The translations under genes and the position numbers were made by a program. Shown one piece after another: positions 1 to 12,054 of a stretch of DNA of 64,000 nt. Under the pieces are notes generated by a model, which was given only the letters and a program-made list of their open reading frames with translations, did not search any database and had not been told where the DNA came from. The stretch is from Trichosphaerium sp. ATCC 40318 (Eukaryota > Protista > Tubulinea). How positions within the stretch are numbered: the first letter of the stretch is position 1; every line of letters begins with the position of its first letter. The stretch spans positions 124,001-188,000 of the forward strand of contig JALMLS010000374.1 in assembly GCA_038496445.1 (NCBI GenBank), written 5' to 3'.

Positions 1-341
1 GTAAAGAGTATGCTCAATATTAACAGATACCAGAGTACGGCTATTATACAGAACCTTTGATATTTTTCCGCTATCTGTTTTTAATGGTATTTCAAGCCAT
101 TCTCAATTGCTTTGGTTGCAGACAGAAATTATTTTGTAATCAACGTATGGTGTCAGTTTAGATTAATGCGGACCATATACTCTTTTTCTTCTTAGTAAAC
201 GTTATAACAGCGTAGAAATAAACCCAAACAAACTACCTCTTACAAACAGTTCTGGTCACTAAAAACGTTACACAACACGTGATTTGGTTTTTTAAATTTT
301 GTACAGTTGTTCATGTGATTGTTTTCTAGAACGTGTTCGTC

Positions 342-3300
342 TTATTCGTATGCTAGCATTGTAGATGATTCTTCACTTTGACTTTCTTCATACCAAATAT
401 CGACAGGTATGTTAGGTATATCATTCTCTGATAATGGCTTTAAAAGTTTGCAAATCTCGTTAAAGTTTGGCCTTTCAAATGGTTCCCAAGCAAAGCAAGA
501 TTTCATGGTATCACTTAAAACTGGTATACTATGTATAAACTGTGGTTTCACATCTCTAAAAAGAGCAAGGTATTAGTGACATGCGACAAAGAAACGAAGA
601 AAAATAAGATGAAAAAAAAAAAAAAGAATAACTCACTTTCGTGCTATCATGATTGCCAAATCTATTGGGTTTTCGATATATGTATAAGGTGGTGAGCTAT
701 GTAGTATTTCATAAAGCACCACACCAAAACTCCAAACCTAGTAAATGTCAATTAAACGAAGAAAAAAAAAAGAAAAAAAAACTCAGAAACAACAAACTAG
801 AGCTTGTACTCGAACATACATCTGACTTGGCAGAGTAAACATGATCCATTATTGACTCTGGAGGCTAAGGAATATACTATGAGTAAGATATTACCTAAAA
901 GGCACGTGCCATCCATTTGATAGGTCCAAACTCAATCATAGATTTTCCATATTCAGCACGCTCATCTAGTACACGAGAGTATCCAAAGTCACTTATTTTT
1001 ATCTCGTATCCAGTAGTTAACTAATAAGGTTTTCAATAAAAATAATTGACTAGGTATAATAGAAATGTTTTGAAGAGCAGTAGCGCACCAACACCTAAAA
1101 ATAAGAATAAGTTTAAGCACAATAGCTAATTAATTCAACTGTTTTTTGATTATTGCGTACATTACGACAAGCCAAATCTCTAAAAGTAGTGTTAGATATC
1201 ATTATTACATTATATTTTATAAATCTAGAAGATTTACCTGTGTATAATACCCTCAGAGTGCAAGTGGAGCCTTCACAGAATAAGATATATTCAAAAAAAA
1301 ATACCTATAAATAGTTTGACGCACATGCCTAGTATCGGAGTTAGAAATAGTTTCGTTCGTTGTATGACGTACCGGCTGCTATTCCTCTTATGATCTTTAC
1401 AACTGCAGGATTTGGAATATCCCCTAAGCGTGGGCTATTCAGCAACAAAAGTTTATAAAAACAATTGTTTTCGTACACTTCTTGTTATAGTAGTGATCTT
1501 CAAGACTTCCTTCCTCACAAAACTCCGTTACTACGAAATCGTCAATATTCGATAACAACTCAGTGTGATTTGTGTATACCAATACTAAGTGGAGTCTCCA
1601 TAATACCATAAAAAGTGACCAAATTACGATGTGGTCTTAAATCTCTATAGTTAATCAGAAAAAGTTAAATTACTACACCAACACAAAAAATAGTCAAACA
1701 AACTCTATCGTACACCATGATTTGTGCCTCCTTGTAAAGCTCTTTTTTTTGTTTAACTGTCTTAGCAGAAGCTGTACCAGCTATAAGAAGTTTCTTAACT
1801 GCTACATTAGTCTCCCTCCATAGACCAACATAAACAACCTGAAAGCCTATTAATTCCAACAACCACTTGTTTTTTTCTTCGCTTCCAAATAACGTACACC
1901 ATATGTTCCTCGTCCAAGCTCCTTATCAATCTCAATATCTTTATTATTGATAATCCACCGACGAGCACGTTTACTAAGAAGATGACCAAATGTACCATCT
2001 GGATGTACAGAAGCACGTTGCTCTGCACTATAATTCTGTAACATAATTGTGGTCCTTGCACCACCACCAACATACTGAGACTTAGTTACCGCCTAAACAA
2101 GTTTAAAAATACAATATAGGATCATGGTGATAGCTATACAACGTACTTTGGCGAGCACTCTTGGATCAAGCTTGTTATTGAGTAGATAAACAAGAAATCT
2201 AGGGTCTACTACCAATACATCTGATAATTTGTGACTCTTTATCTCCTTGAGTCTACAAACATATCCAGAGTTTAAAAAGTGGTTCATAATATCTCCTGTA
2301 TTATCTTTTTCAACACCACATAACTCTACGAGTTCTCTTTTTGAAGAAAATTACAAAGAGAATCAAGATTAAAATAATTGGAAAAATATTGCTTACCTGA
2401 ACTGTTCTTCCGTTAAGTATGACTGACTAGAATCATAAATAGTGTCTCTGTTTCGTATAGCTTGAAGCCTATAAATTCGTATGTAGTGAGTAGGATTTTG
2501 TAGCGTTGCTATGCTGAAAAGTAGAGAAAAGAATTAAAAATCTCGAAAAAATCTTACCTCGCTAACACAAACATTTGACTTTGGGAAACCATCTTTGTTG
2601 TTGGTTTCATAGAGAAACCTACATCCGTAATTGTCCTCTTCAGTGCTTTAATACCTGTACAATTGTTGTAAGTTAACCTAAAAAACAACAATCTTTGTAC
2701 CTTTAGATGATTTGTTACTAACAACAGAGATGTCTTTAATCGAAGGATGTGAAGCTATGAGCTCATCTCGTAACTTCTCAATAGCAGCTTCACGGACTTT
2801 TTTTGTACATCTCTTATCATCTCGATGTGTACCAACAAGAATTATCGGTCCACCACCATCAGCAACTTCAAGCCATTTCTTAATCCTAAAAATTGTATTG
2901 AGGAATATTTCAAGAATTAACACAAATGAACACGTGTTCTTTGTTGTTGTGCTTTCACAAAATAATAGCGTACTTAGAACCTTCAATATCTAGTGGATTA
3001 AATACAATGATATATACATTTGAAGGATTCCTTAGAAAACAAGAAAGAGCATGCTGATGTACTGCTGTATGCGCAAAATCCCAGCAAGTCAACCATAAAT
3101 GTTCTTGACTATGATACCAATTTTCTGTTGCCATCGGTCCGTTCATGGATGAATCTACGGATTCTGATGAAGTAGGTAGTACTATTGAGTGATTAATAAA
3201 CGATATTTGTGGCACTCCGTTCAACTTACGGTTTTTTTTGAATAAAAGTTTGTTAAACCCACTTCTTGATGAGGAAGCAAAGGAATGTCCGAGAGAAATC

Positions 3301-6300
3301 CTATTTCAGAGTAATTATTGTGAAAATGTTTATTCAATGTGAGGTACCTCAATCGTGATTTACCGTTTGCTTCGCCCTACAACAAATAACCCAGTTAATA
3401 AAAATATCAGCTAAATCAAGTTGATGTAAGAAAAAACGTTGCTGACGACAAAGGCAACACATACTACATCTGTGAAACAAATGATAATGAAGTACGTACA
3501 AGTAAAATTATACGACAGTGTTGCCAAGGAACACGTTCTCCCAGGTTGCGCATAAATGACACAACACCATCCCATCCTTTTGAACGTATCCAAGGAGGAT
3601 AAGAAGTGAATGAATTTCCTTCCATATTTATCTCAACGTTCTTCATGAAAGCTATTGTGTATGGTACAAATGATATATTACAGTGCGATAAATTTAATAT
3701 CTTTAACGTTGGGATACGTGCTACATAGCTAGGAACCTTAAAAAAAAAATCAGAAAATGTGAAATCGTTTTAAGAATTTTAAGGTCGCACTGTTTCGAAG
3801 TTGTTATATGAGAGATCGAGCTCCTCAAGTGCCTTGAGGGCGCTAATGACTTCAGGGAACGTCTGTAGTTGATTATAAGCACATTTTAGAATCTTGAGAG
3901 TCTTAAAACATCCAAAAGTCGTTGGTAACTGGAATAGATTATTCTTCGACAAGTTAATAACTTTCAATTTAGGTAAAGCAGCCAACTCATCTGTTACTTC
4001 TTCTATCTCGTTTGTCTCTGCAATAAACTCTTCTAACTTCACACAAATATCCAAGTCTTCAGGAACATGTTTTATAATATTACTGCTAACATTCAAACTG
4101 CGTAAACCAATCATTGAAGAAAAAGAAGGCAATGAAGAAATACTGTTGAATGAAACTGAAAGCGTTTGTAGTTTTCTAAGCTTGAATAAAGATAAAGGTA
4201 ATGTAGATAATCTATTATGGTCTAATCTAACATTCTCCAAAGATTCCATCTTAAGGCTCTCATCTGATATCCCATTAAGTTTATTTTTAGATATATCTAA
4301 CGTTGTAATTTTTTTTAAGTTACCAAGATCAAAATGTAATGCTATTAGGTTATTCTCAGCCAAGTCCAAGCATGTCAGGTTATGTAGTTTACACATATCT
4401 CTATGTATTCCTGTAAGTGTATTTCCACGTAAATTGAGTAGTTTGAGTTGGTTTAAGAAGCCAAGTTGACATGTGATAGAAATTAAGTTGTAGGAAACAT
4501 CAAGCTCTTCTAAACTCTTCATTGTCTTTGTGAGATCCCAAGGTATAGTGGATATACGATTACTTGATAAACATACACGTTTTATAGAAGCCATATCTTG
4601 TATTACGTCAAAATTCATGATTTGATTAGATCGTAAGTCAAGGTCTGTTAAGTTTTTAAGTTTCTTTAGTGCGGGATTAATGTGCTTCAAGTTATTGTTT
4701 GTAAACATCAATGTTTGAAGATCTTTTAGGTCGAAAACTTGTTCAGGTATATTCGTAAGCCTTTGATTTCTGATAACCATACGTGTGACTTTCTCTGTGG
4801 TCACATCTGATATTTGTCGAGCCAACTAAAAGTTAAGAAAAAAATTAAATGAAGAAAAAACGAAAAGTTGTTAAGGACGTACTACACGCCTTGAAGGCGT
4901 ATCGGTTTCGAAAGTCACGTTCTTTCCTGTACCCACACGAGACATATTTGAAGGAGGAGGTAATCCGGGAAGTGGTCTTGATCTCTTAGAGTCTTTTACA
5001 TCAGATACACTTTCATACGATTTACTTTCATAAGATTGTTCATCGTCATCAAAGTCAGTCATTGTTAGAATTGTTTCAATGCTTCCAGATGAATCATATG
5101 ATGCTGTGAGGTTTGTATATGTTGCTGGAGATGTTGAAGGAAATCTAGAAGGTCTACCGCCATTGTAAAAATACTCTCTAGAGTAGCGCTTGTCTTGGAA
5201 CCTAGACGTTTGAAATTAATGTTAAAACTCTTTCTTTAAAACGAAGTACTTGTTTATATCTTTTCGGACAGGAACAGGAAGTAATCGTGGTATAGGTGGT
5301 GGTTTCCATGTAGGCTTTCGTATTATCTGTCCTTTGTTCGTTACTACTGTCTTTTTGTTCGTTGAAGCCACTGGTACTTGGTTAGAATGTTCTTCTCTGA
5401 GCTCGTCTAAAATATTCTCAAATATTGACTCGTCTGCAAAAGCCTTCAGGTCTTTAAGAGCTTTATCTGTTAGCATTTCTTGGGTATCTGTGTGCTGTAT
5501 GTGTAATGGTCTTGGAGGCAATCTTGGCGGACGCTAGGATAAATGAGACTCGCAGCAACTAAGGTCAGTACCTTTACTAATGGTTCTTTCGAAACCATGC
5601 CAACAGGTGCAAGTTTTTGCAAAGGAGACCTCTTTTTGTGGTCTTCGTTTACCCCTACTTCACCATTGGGCGACAGCTTGGGGATGTCACGTGGTTTAGA
5701 TTGTTTTACTGGCGTTGAACTTTTCTTCCTCGTTACAGACACTCTTCTTGGTGGAGGCTTCTTAGGTACTATTAAAAACGACTTTAGAGTTTAATCACGT
5801 GATTCCTTCCTACCTTTATACTTTTTTTTGTCTGGCTTGTCCCGAGCTTTTGGAGGAGCTCTGCTAGGAGCTTTTATAGAAGGTGTTGGAGCAGAAGGCG
5901 CAGGTCTTCGCGGTGAAGGTCGTAAAATGGTTCTTTTTTTTTTTGGTGCACTTTGCGATCTTTGGTGTTTCTTCTTTGGTGGGCGCTTCACAGTGTTTCT
6001 TGGTCCACGTGCAGTATTTCTACGTATTGGCAGACCCATGTTGTCACTTCTTGGTAGCTTATAGGTGTTATAAACCAGCTACAAGACTCAAAAAAACACA
6101 AGTACCTTTGCAAGTTTTCTTATTGCTATTTTCGGCCTTACTCTGCCTTTCAATGGTCTCTTTGCTTTTGAACCACGTCCTAGCTTAGCAGGCCTTCGCT
6201 TGGCTGGTCTAATAGGAAGCTTTGGACCTGTATTCTTGCGATACATCTTTCTGGGAGCAGACTTTCGCCTACGCAAGTACCCGCGCAGCTTTTCGTCCGA

Positions 6301-6754
6301 TTTCTTTGTCAAAGGGACTGGTATAACAGGGATTTTGCTAGGAAGGTGTAGAAATGTCTCCTATGTCAATTAGTGCGCTGTAAAATGTGTTAAAACAATA
6401 GAATATTGCTTTCTGGCCTAAAATAAGTGGAATTACTGCTGATTTTAGATTTTTGCTTTCTTAAACCGGTAAGGACCCTTAAAACGTACGTTGGTTACAG
6501 TATTGAGGTAGTAAGAACGGCTATTTGTAAAATCCCATACTTGCGCCTAAACGCGTTATAATTAACCAGGACGCTCAACAAGCGTTGATAAGTACAGTGT
6601 GACGTACCCAGACTGGTTTTCTGTCAGAAATAATTGTACCAGATGGTTTTACCCAAGAACACGCTCCTGTACGCGTATTGGCGTAGAAAACCTCGTCAGC
6701 ACTCTCATCATGTATTTTGAACCAACCCCTGTGCAAACGCTCGTTATGAGCCAT
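342..6754 (-). CDS. Multi-exon Roco-like kinase: 2x WW - Pro/Lys/Arg-rich linker - LRR - degenerate Roc - partial COR - tyrosine-kinase-type domain
   Basis: Manual splicing gives one frame from ATG 6754. Domains in order: WW1 MAHNERLHRGWFKIHDESADEVFYANTRTGACSWVKP; WW2 W|AQVWDFTNSRSYYLNTVTN|ETFLHLP; LRRs (ORF 3779..4825); Roc motifs IILL|GEANGKS, CWDFAH and ILVGTHRD; a COR-A-like segment at 2093-2660; kinase [52 protein letters not shown]. Stop at 342. Confidence 0.88.
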
Positions 6755-7583
6755 CTAGCGCATATTTAGCTTGAGAAGCGCACTATTTCGCGTGGTACAA
6801 TAACAAAGTAGCTTAAATAGGCAATACTTGCTGCTATTGGTACAAAATCGCTCGTCTCATGAAGGCAAAGGCTCCAACTATTTTTATTGTTAAGGCATAT
6901 TCTGTTTCAACCATTTAGTTAGGTGAAACTATTTTTCGAAACTGTAAGCTGCGATGCGTGCTGAAGACGACAAGTCTTCGAACGAAACTTCATAGTATAC
7001 ATATGTCTCTTATTGAACTATCAGGAAGGTATGTCATTACGCAAACACAACTCAACTGGCGCACGTGCGAATGGTTAGAAAAAAAATCCAATAATGGAAA
7101 TTTTCAAACATTGGTTTTCTGTAGATGCGGGTAATGTTGGTCAACAAATACACTCTCTACTAGTTCCCTAAATTTAAAAATTCTCGTTAACAAATCAGAA
7201 AGACACTTGTATAGGTTTACAGCAACTAATCGACACATGATTGGTTTTTTAGGTTGTAGGTTTCCTTCAATTCCGTCGGATCAGTGATCACCTGTAATTT
7301 TCTCTACTTATGCTCTGAATATTCACACGATTCGGGACATATTGTTTACGACGATTAAGAAAGGAGTTTTGGTTTGGGAGGTATCACGACTCGTAACAAA
7401 GAGGTATTTGTTGAGTGTAGAATCACACCCAAAAATGCCGTGTCTGCAGTGTTTATCTCCGAAATTATATGCTCGTATGCGTGCTGTAAGTGCCGTGAGA
7501 CGGTTGTTTTAAGTGTGTGTATCCGGAGCGGAATAAAACTTCGAAGGAAAGTGCATAAGGAGCAAAACCACAGAACGACAACC

Positions 7584-8528
7584 ATGATAGTTGTAACTCT
7601 TTTCAAACGTACAAAAACAACCAAACACGTGATACATCTATTCTAATACATGTATATTAGGCTTCTTTCCAACTCCACCAAAAAGAACACGCAGGGGATC
7701 AAAGAAACATAAAAGAAAGGGCTCTATACAGTCTGTATCAACGACAGCTGTAACGCCTCTTATATTATCTACGTAAGACATCAAACATTTTTTTGATTAA
7801 ATTGTTTATTTCTTTCGTTAAAGGTGGGGAGAAGAGGAGTTCGATAGACATGTTGATGTCTCTTGGATAGAAATGCTTAACGATCGCAAACTCTTTACAG
7901 AATTTCGGTACCACGTGTACCATAAACTGGCTAATGAGAACCTATCGTTCTATATAGCTGTCGGTAAGTTTTTTGAAGTTTTTTTCTTTAACCACTTTTG
8001 TAAAATGAGTTTTGTCTTGAGTTTTTTTTTGATACAATTTCGCATTTCTTAGCTCAAAGATACCCTTCACGTGTCCGAAAAAAGAATAGCATGTTATCTC
8101 TTAAACTGACTAAAGTTATTTAGAAGTTTTTCGCTTTACTGAGCACGTGATAAAACGACGTGCATATGCGTCAGAGATAGTTAGAAATTGGATAGACCTG
8201 ACTACAGCATCGGAACCTATAAATATCTCCAGACTACAACGTGAGGTAAAATATATTTCTGTCACGTGTGTATTTAAAACAAGTAACTAATTTAATATCA
8301 TAGAGGATACTAGCAAATAAGCACATTGCTCAAAAGAATCTGTTCGACGACGCCAGAACAACAATTTTAAACATGTTGCGATACGACCACTTTGTGGCTT
8401 TCATGGAGGGAATGCATCTAAAACCACGGCCAGCAAAGGCACTCATGAGAACGCAAACTTTTGAGAACTATGATAAACTGACCTTGCTGTTGGATAACGA
8501 AAATAGCACGGTAGCGGCAACAATGTAA
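7584..8528 (+). CDS. RGS (regulator of G-protein signalling) domain protein, multi-exon
   Basis: Spliced translation ...EMLNDRKLFTEFRYHVYHKLANENLSFYIAV|EVFR...AYASEIVRNWIDLTTASEPINISRLQRE|RIL...LFDDARTTILNMLRYDHFVAFM matches RGS hallmarks (ENL.F, INI, LFD.A...I...L..D.F..F). The start codon is uncertain and could lie further upstream. Confidence 0.78.
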
Positions 8529-8796
8529 AAAAAAGCAAACACAAAATGTAAATTAATGTACTTTTAACAAAAAAATAAAACTCCGAGATGTAAAATTTAC
8601 CATAACAGATTTCTGTTATTTAGCAACCTCAAAAAAGTAACTGATGATGTTTTAAAATAGCCAATACAACCTCATATCCATTAAATTATACGACAAAATC
8701 ACACTAAGATTAAATTTGCTCAAATGGAAAAAAAAATATTCAAAAATGCCTCGTACTGTTTATTATAGTCTTCCAAAGCTGTTTGAGCTCATTCGC

Positions 8797-10157
8797 TTAT
8801 TCGTTATTTGTCCAACTTGGCTTACGCTTTTCAAAAAATGCAGACAAACCTTCCTGACCTTCAGGAGATACACGTAGCTTAGCAATTTCATTAGATACCA
8901 AAAATTTGGTGAGATCAGCAGAAATATCTTCTTGGGCATCTACAGTAGCGATGAGCTTCTTTGTAGCTTGGACAGCTAATGGCCCATTCTCCAGTATGTG
9001 TGTTAGCATCTCTCCAACATGTTCATCGAGCTTATCCTCATCTGAAGAAGTTTTTGTCAACAGACCGATATCTTCGGCAGTTTTTGCATCAAAGCGTTCT
9101 CCTGTAAGGAAATATCTACCCATGTAATAAGATACAATATAAAATCCAATGCAAAGAAATTTTTTATTCAATTTTAAAGTTGCATAGATGAACAACACGT
9201 GCAAAGAATAAAAAATAAAAACAACAATTAAAAAGTGTGTCAACAAAATGGTACCTTGACGCATGTGTGTTACCAATTTTTTGCATTACAAATGGAGATA
9301 TTGTAGCTGGTAGTAATCCCAATTTAACCTCAGTGAAGCCAAACTTTGCTTTTTCGACTAAACCGCAAAAAACAGGCGTTAATATTTTTTTGTGAAATGT
9401 GAGAAAACCAATTAATTACCTGCTATAGCTATATCTGCTGATGCGACAATACCACCGCCACCTCCAAGAGCAGCACCGTTTACACGTGCAATTACAGGCA
9501 ATGGACATGTGCGAATAGAGTTGAACATATCGAAGAGTCCACCAGCATCTACACATACGCGCGTTAGAACGAATACAAACGGAATAATGCGCCCATTTGA
9601 GAAAATAATTTTTCCGTTTTGTTATTTTTTTACGGTTGTGCGTCACATCGTTGTTTTATACTTGCCTTGTTGGTTCTCTTTTACCTTAAAGGTAGCCATA
9701 GACTTCATGTAGTTCAAATCTGCGCCAGCTGAGAAAGATTTTCCCTCACCTGTTATTACAACAGCCCTACGCATTTTTTGAGTATATTATGGCGTTTCGT
9801 ACTGTTTTAACTGACCTTAGTTTTGTTGTGTCTATATCATCGAACACGCTCTTGATTTCACTAATTAGGGTTTGATTAAACGCATTGTGCACGTCTGGCC
9901 TAGTAGTAATGGGCGTTAAATCTTAAATACCACAAACAGTACCTGTTCATTGTTAACCACGCAACGTTCTTATACTCAGCCTTTTCTTCTACTTTGATTG
10001 TTTCGTAGCTTTTAGAAAACACCTAAAACTATTTTTTAGTCGTTTATAGCGTCTACTAAGCGTTCAGTACTGTACAGTAGCTCTTGGCTTGCGTTTTTTG
10101 ACCTGTTTTGCTTGAACGCATTGCGTTACGCTGTAAACACCGGGTAGACAGTAGCAT
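8797..10157 (-). CDS. Enoyl-CoA hydratase/crotonase family, methylglutaconyl-CoA hydratase (LiuC-like), with probable mitochondrial presequence
   Basis: Spliced motifs LTMNRPDVHNAFN, GEGKSFSAGADLNYM, VNGAALGGGGGIV, FGFTEVKLGLLPATISPFV, RYFLTGERFDA and EGQEGLSAFFEKRKPSW. The N-terminus MLLSTRCLQRNAMRSSK is Arg/Ser-rich and lacks acidic residues. Confidence 0.88.
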
Positions 10158-10662
10158 GAGTATTATCGAGCTGTTAAATTTAAAGGTGACCTAGAAAACA
10201 GGCAATTAAGTAAATAGCTGTTAAGCTGCCTAGCACGCATGCTAACATTGACCCTGTCGTCGAAGTTAACGTACCACAGTTCGATTCTACATTTTGGAAA
10301 AGTTAACTCGACTTTTTGGCAGTTTATATCACGTGATATTTACTCGCGGTACTAGGCATAGTACGGTTTAATAACAGGGAAAATATAGATGAAGGATGCT
10401 CTGTTTGGTTATTTGTGATGAATGTTAAGGAAGTTCTTCAAAATTAAGTACCCACCACAGAGGCTGTTTCTGGCCAGTTAACTGGCACTTGAGGACGTTT
10501 TAAATGCTTGTCACATCTCAACAGACGGCAGTTTACTGAATAGTTAAGTGTCACAGCTCAATCGACGCCATTACCTTGCAAACCTGCGTATAAACTACCT
10601 TCCTTAACTTCCGTATAAGCTTTTATTTGATCAATTTACACTCAACAAACCAGTGATACAAC

Positions 10663-11592
10663 ATGACAACAGAACGACAACCGTTAGTGAACCAACATAG
10701 CTATACTGTGGTTTTTGCTTCTCACGACGGGTTTATTCATGGACATCCAAGAGTATGGATAAAAGTTGAACAAGCAGGTACTGTACAAAACCGTTTGGCG
10801 TTTACATTGCTGCGAACGCCACGTGACAACGGGCTAAATTTAATACGCTTACTACAGGTATTGTACCGGATAAATCAGGATCAAGACCTGGAAGAAACAT
10901 GGTCATTCGTAATGCTGAAACAGGAGCTACTCTTCCTATCTTTGGAGTTAACGCTTGGGCATGGCCTGGATACGGCGGTATCCAAGGTACTTGATTTCTC
11001 TTTAAGAAGACTCTTGTCTTAAACATTCACTAGGATGTTATGTTTGGCCTGTTGATACCCAAGAAGAGTGGACAGATGCAAAGAGTAAAGAGGTCATTGA
11101 CTTTCTTCCTCCTGGTACCAAAATCGAGATTGGCGCTCTTCCAGATGGCACAATCGTACGTGTAGACGAACCATGTGTCATGGTAGAATACGTTGTACCG
11201 AAAGATCTGAAAGAAAATGTGATCTACACGTGCCATGTCAGTTTCACCAACAAGCTCCAAATTCCAATTACGAATTGCCGTGCATTTTGCGATGTAGACG
11301 AGAACTCACCTTATCACTCTGAAGTAATGACATGTGGTGGCTCTGGAGATCTTGACCAGGTTGAACTAGACTTTGGTCATATTGTGGCCAACGGGTACGA
11401 CTGCTAGTGCCAATGTTTGTTTCAGCTCACGTTTTCTGTAGAAACAAGACAATGTCATTCAAGTTTTCATTCCCTTTGATCAACCCTGACATGCCTCACC
11501 AAAAGTTTGATGGTATCTTTCAACTTGCTCCTTTCTTTGAGGTCGACTACAAGAAATGGGGAGGTGCTAAACAGGACGTGACTGTAAACTGA
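10663..11592 (+). CDS. Hypothetical protein (4 exons, ~250 aa), paralog A
   Basis: Three GT-AG introns join ORF pieces into one frame, MTTERQPLVNQHSYTVVF...WAWPGYGGIQ|GCYVWPVD...KKWGGAKQDVTVN*. Intron positions are identical in the paralog at 16843. Confidence 0.8.
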
Positions 11593-12054
11593 GCAGTACA
11601 AAGTTCGCCAAATAATAAAAAACTGGTATGATTGTTAAATACGTATAGTGTTATTACGTCTTAGGTTAGCAACTAGTGCTGCCAAGGTAATGACCTAGAT
11701 GGCAACAAAGTCGTTTAATTTTGTAACGACTCTTTTACCAAGCCTTGATTACATTCATTGTCAATGCACAAAGTAAATGATTGATTTTCTAGGATACAAC
11801 ATACAAGTGCCTTTGTTGGCCTGATTTTTAAGTTGTAAGCGATTCCAAAGTTAATAAAGGTGTTTTACGTCCTACTGATCAGTCTGCGGACATGAGGTTT
11901 GTGCCGGCTGCAAGATCTCTAATATAATTCTTTGGCAACGTGATTCTTCTTGATGAACAAAAGCAAAGGTTGTGTACACAAACAAAAAACAAGCAAAAAA
12001 TACTTAATGATAGACTATTATTTATTGCTGTGTGTGGTGTAGAAGAAATCTCGC

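Noticed and set aside
3377-3500. Hidden microexon (cag|ATGTA|gtatgt) in the Roc P-loop intron
   Set aside because: It would require a ~26-nt upstream intron, shorter than others seen here, and would not restore the GxxxxGKS spacing.
3894-4469. Long antisense ORFs over LRR and other genes (also 21686..22093, 23881..24213, 43854..44270)
   Set aside because: These are shadow ORFs opposite well-supported coding exons and show no protein-like motifs.
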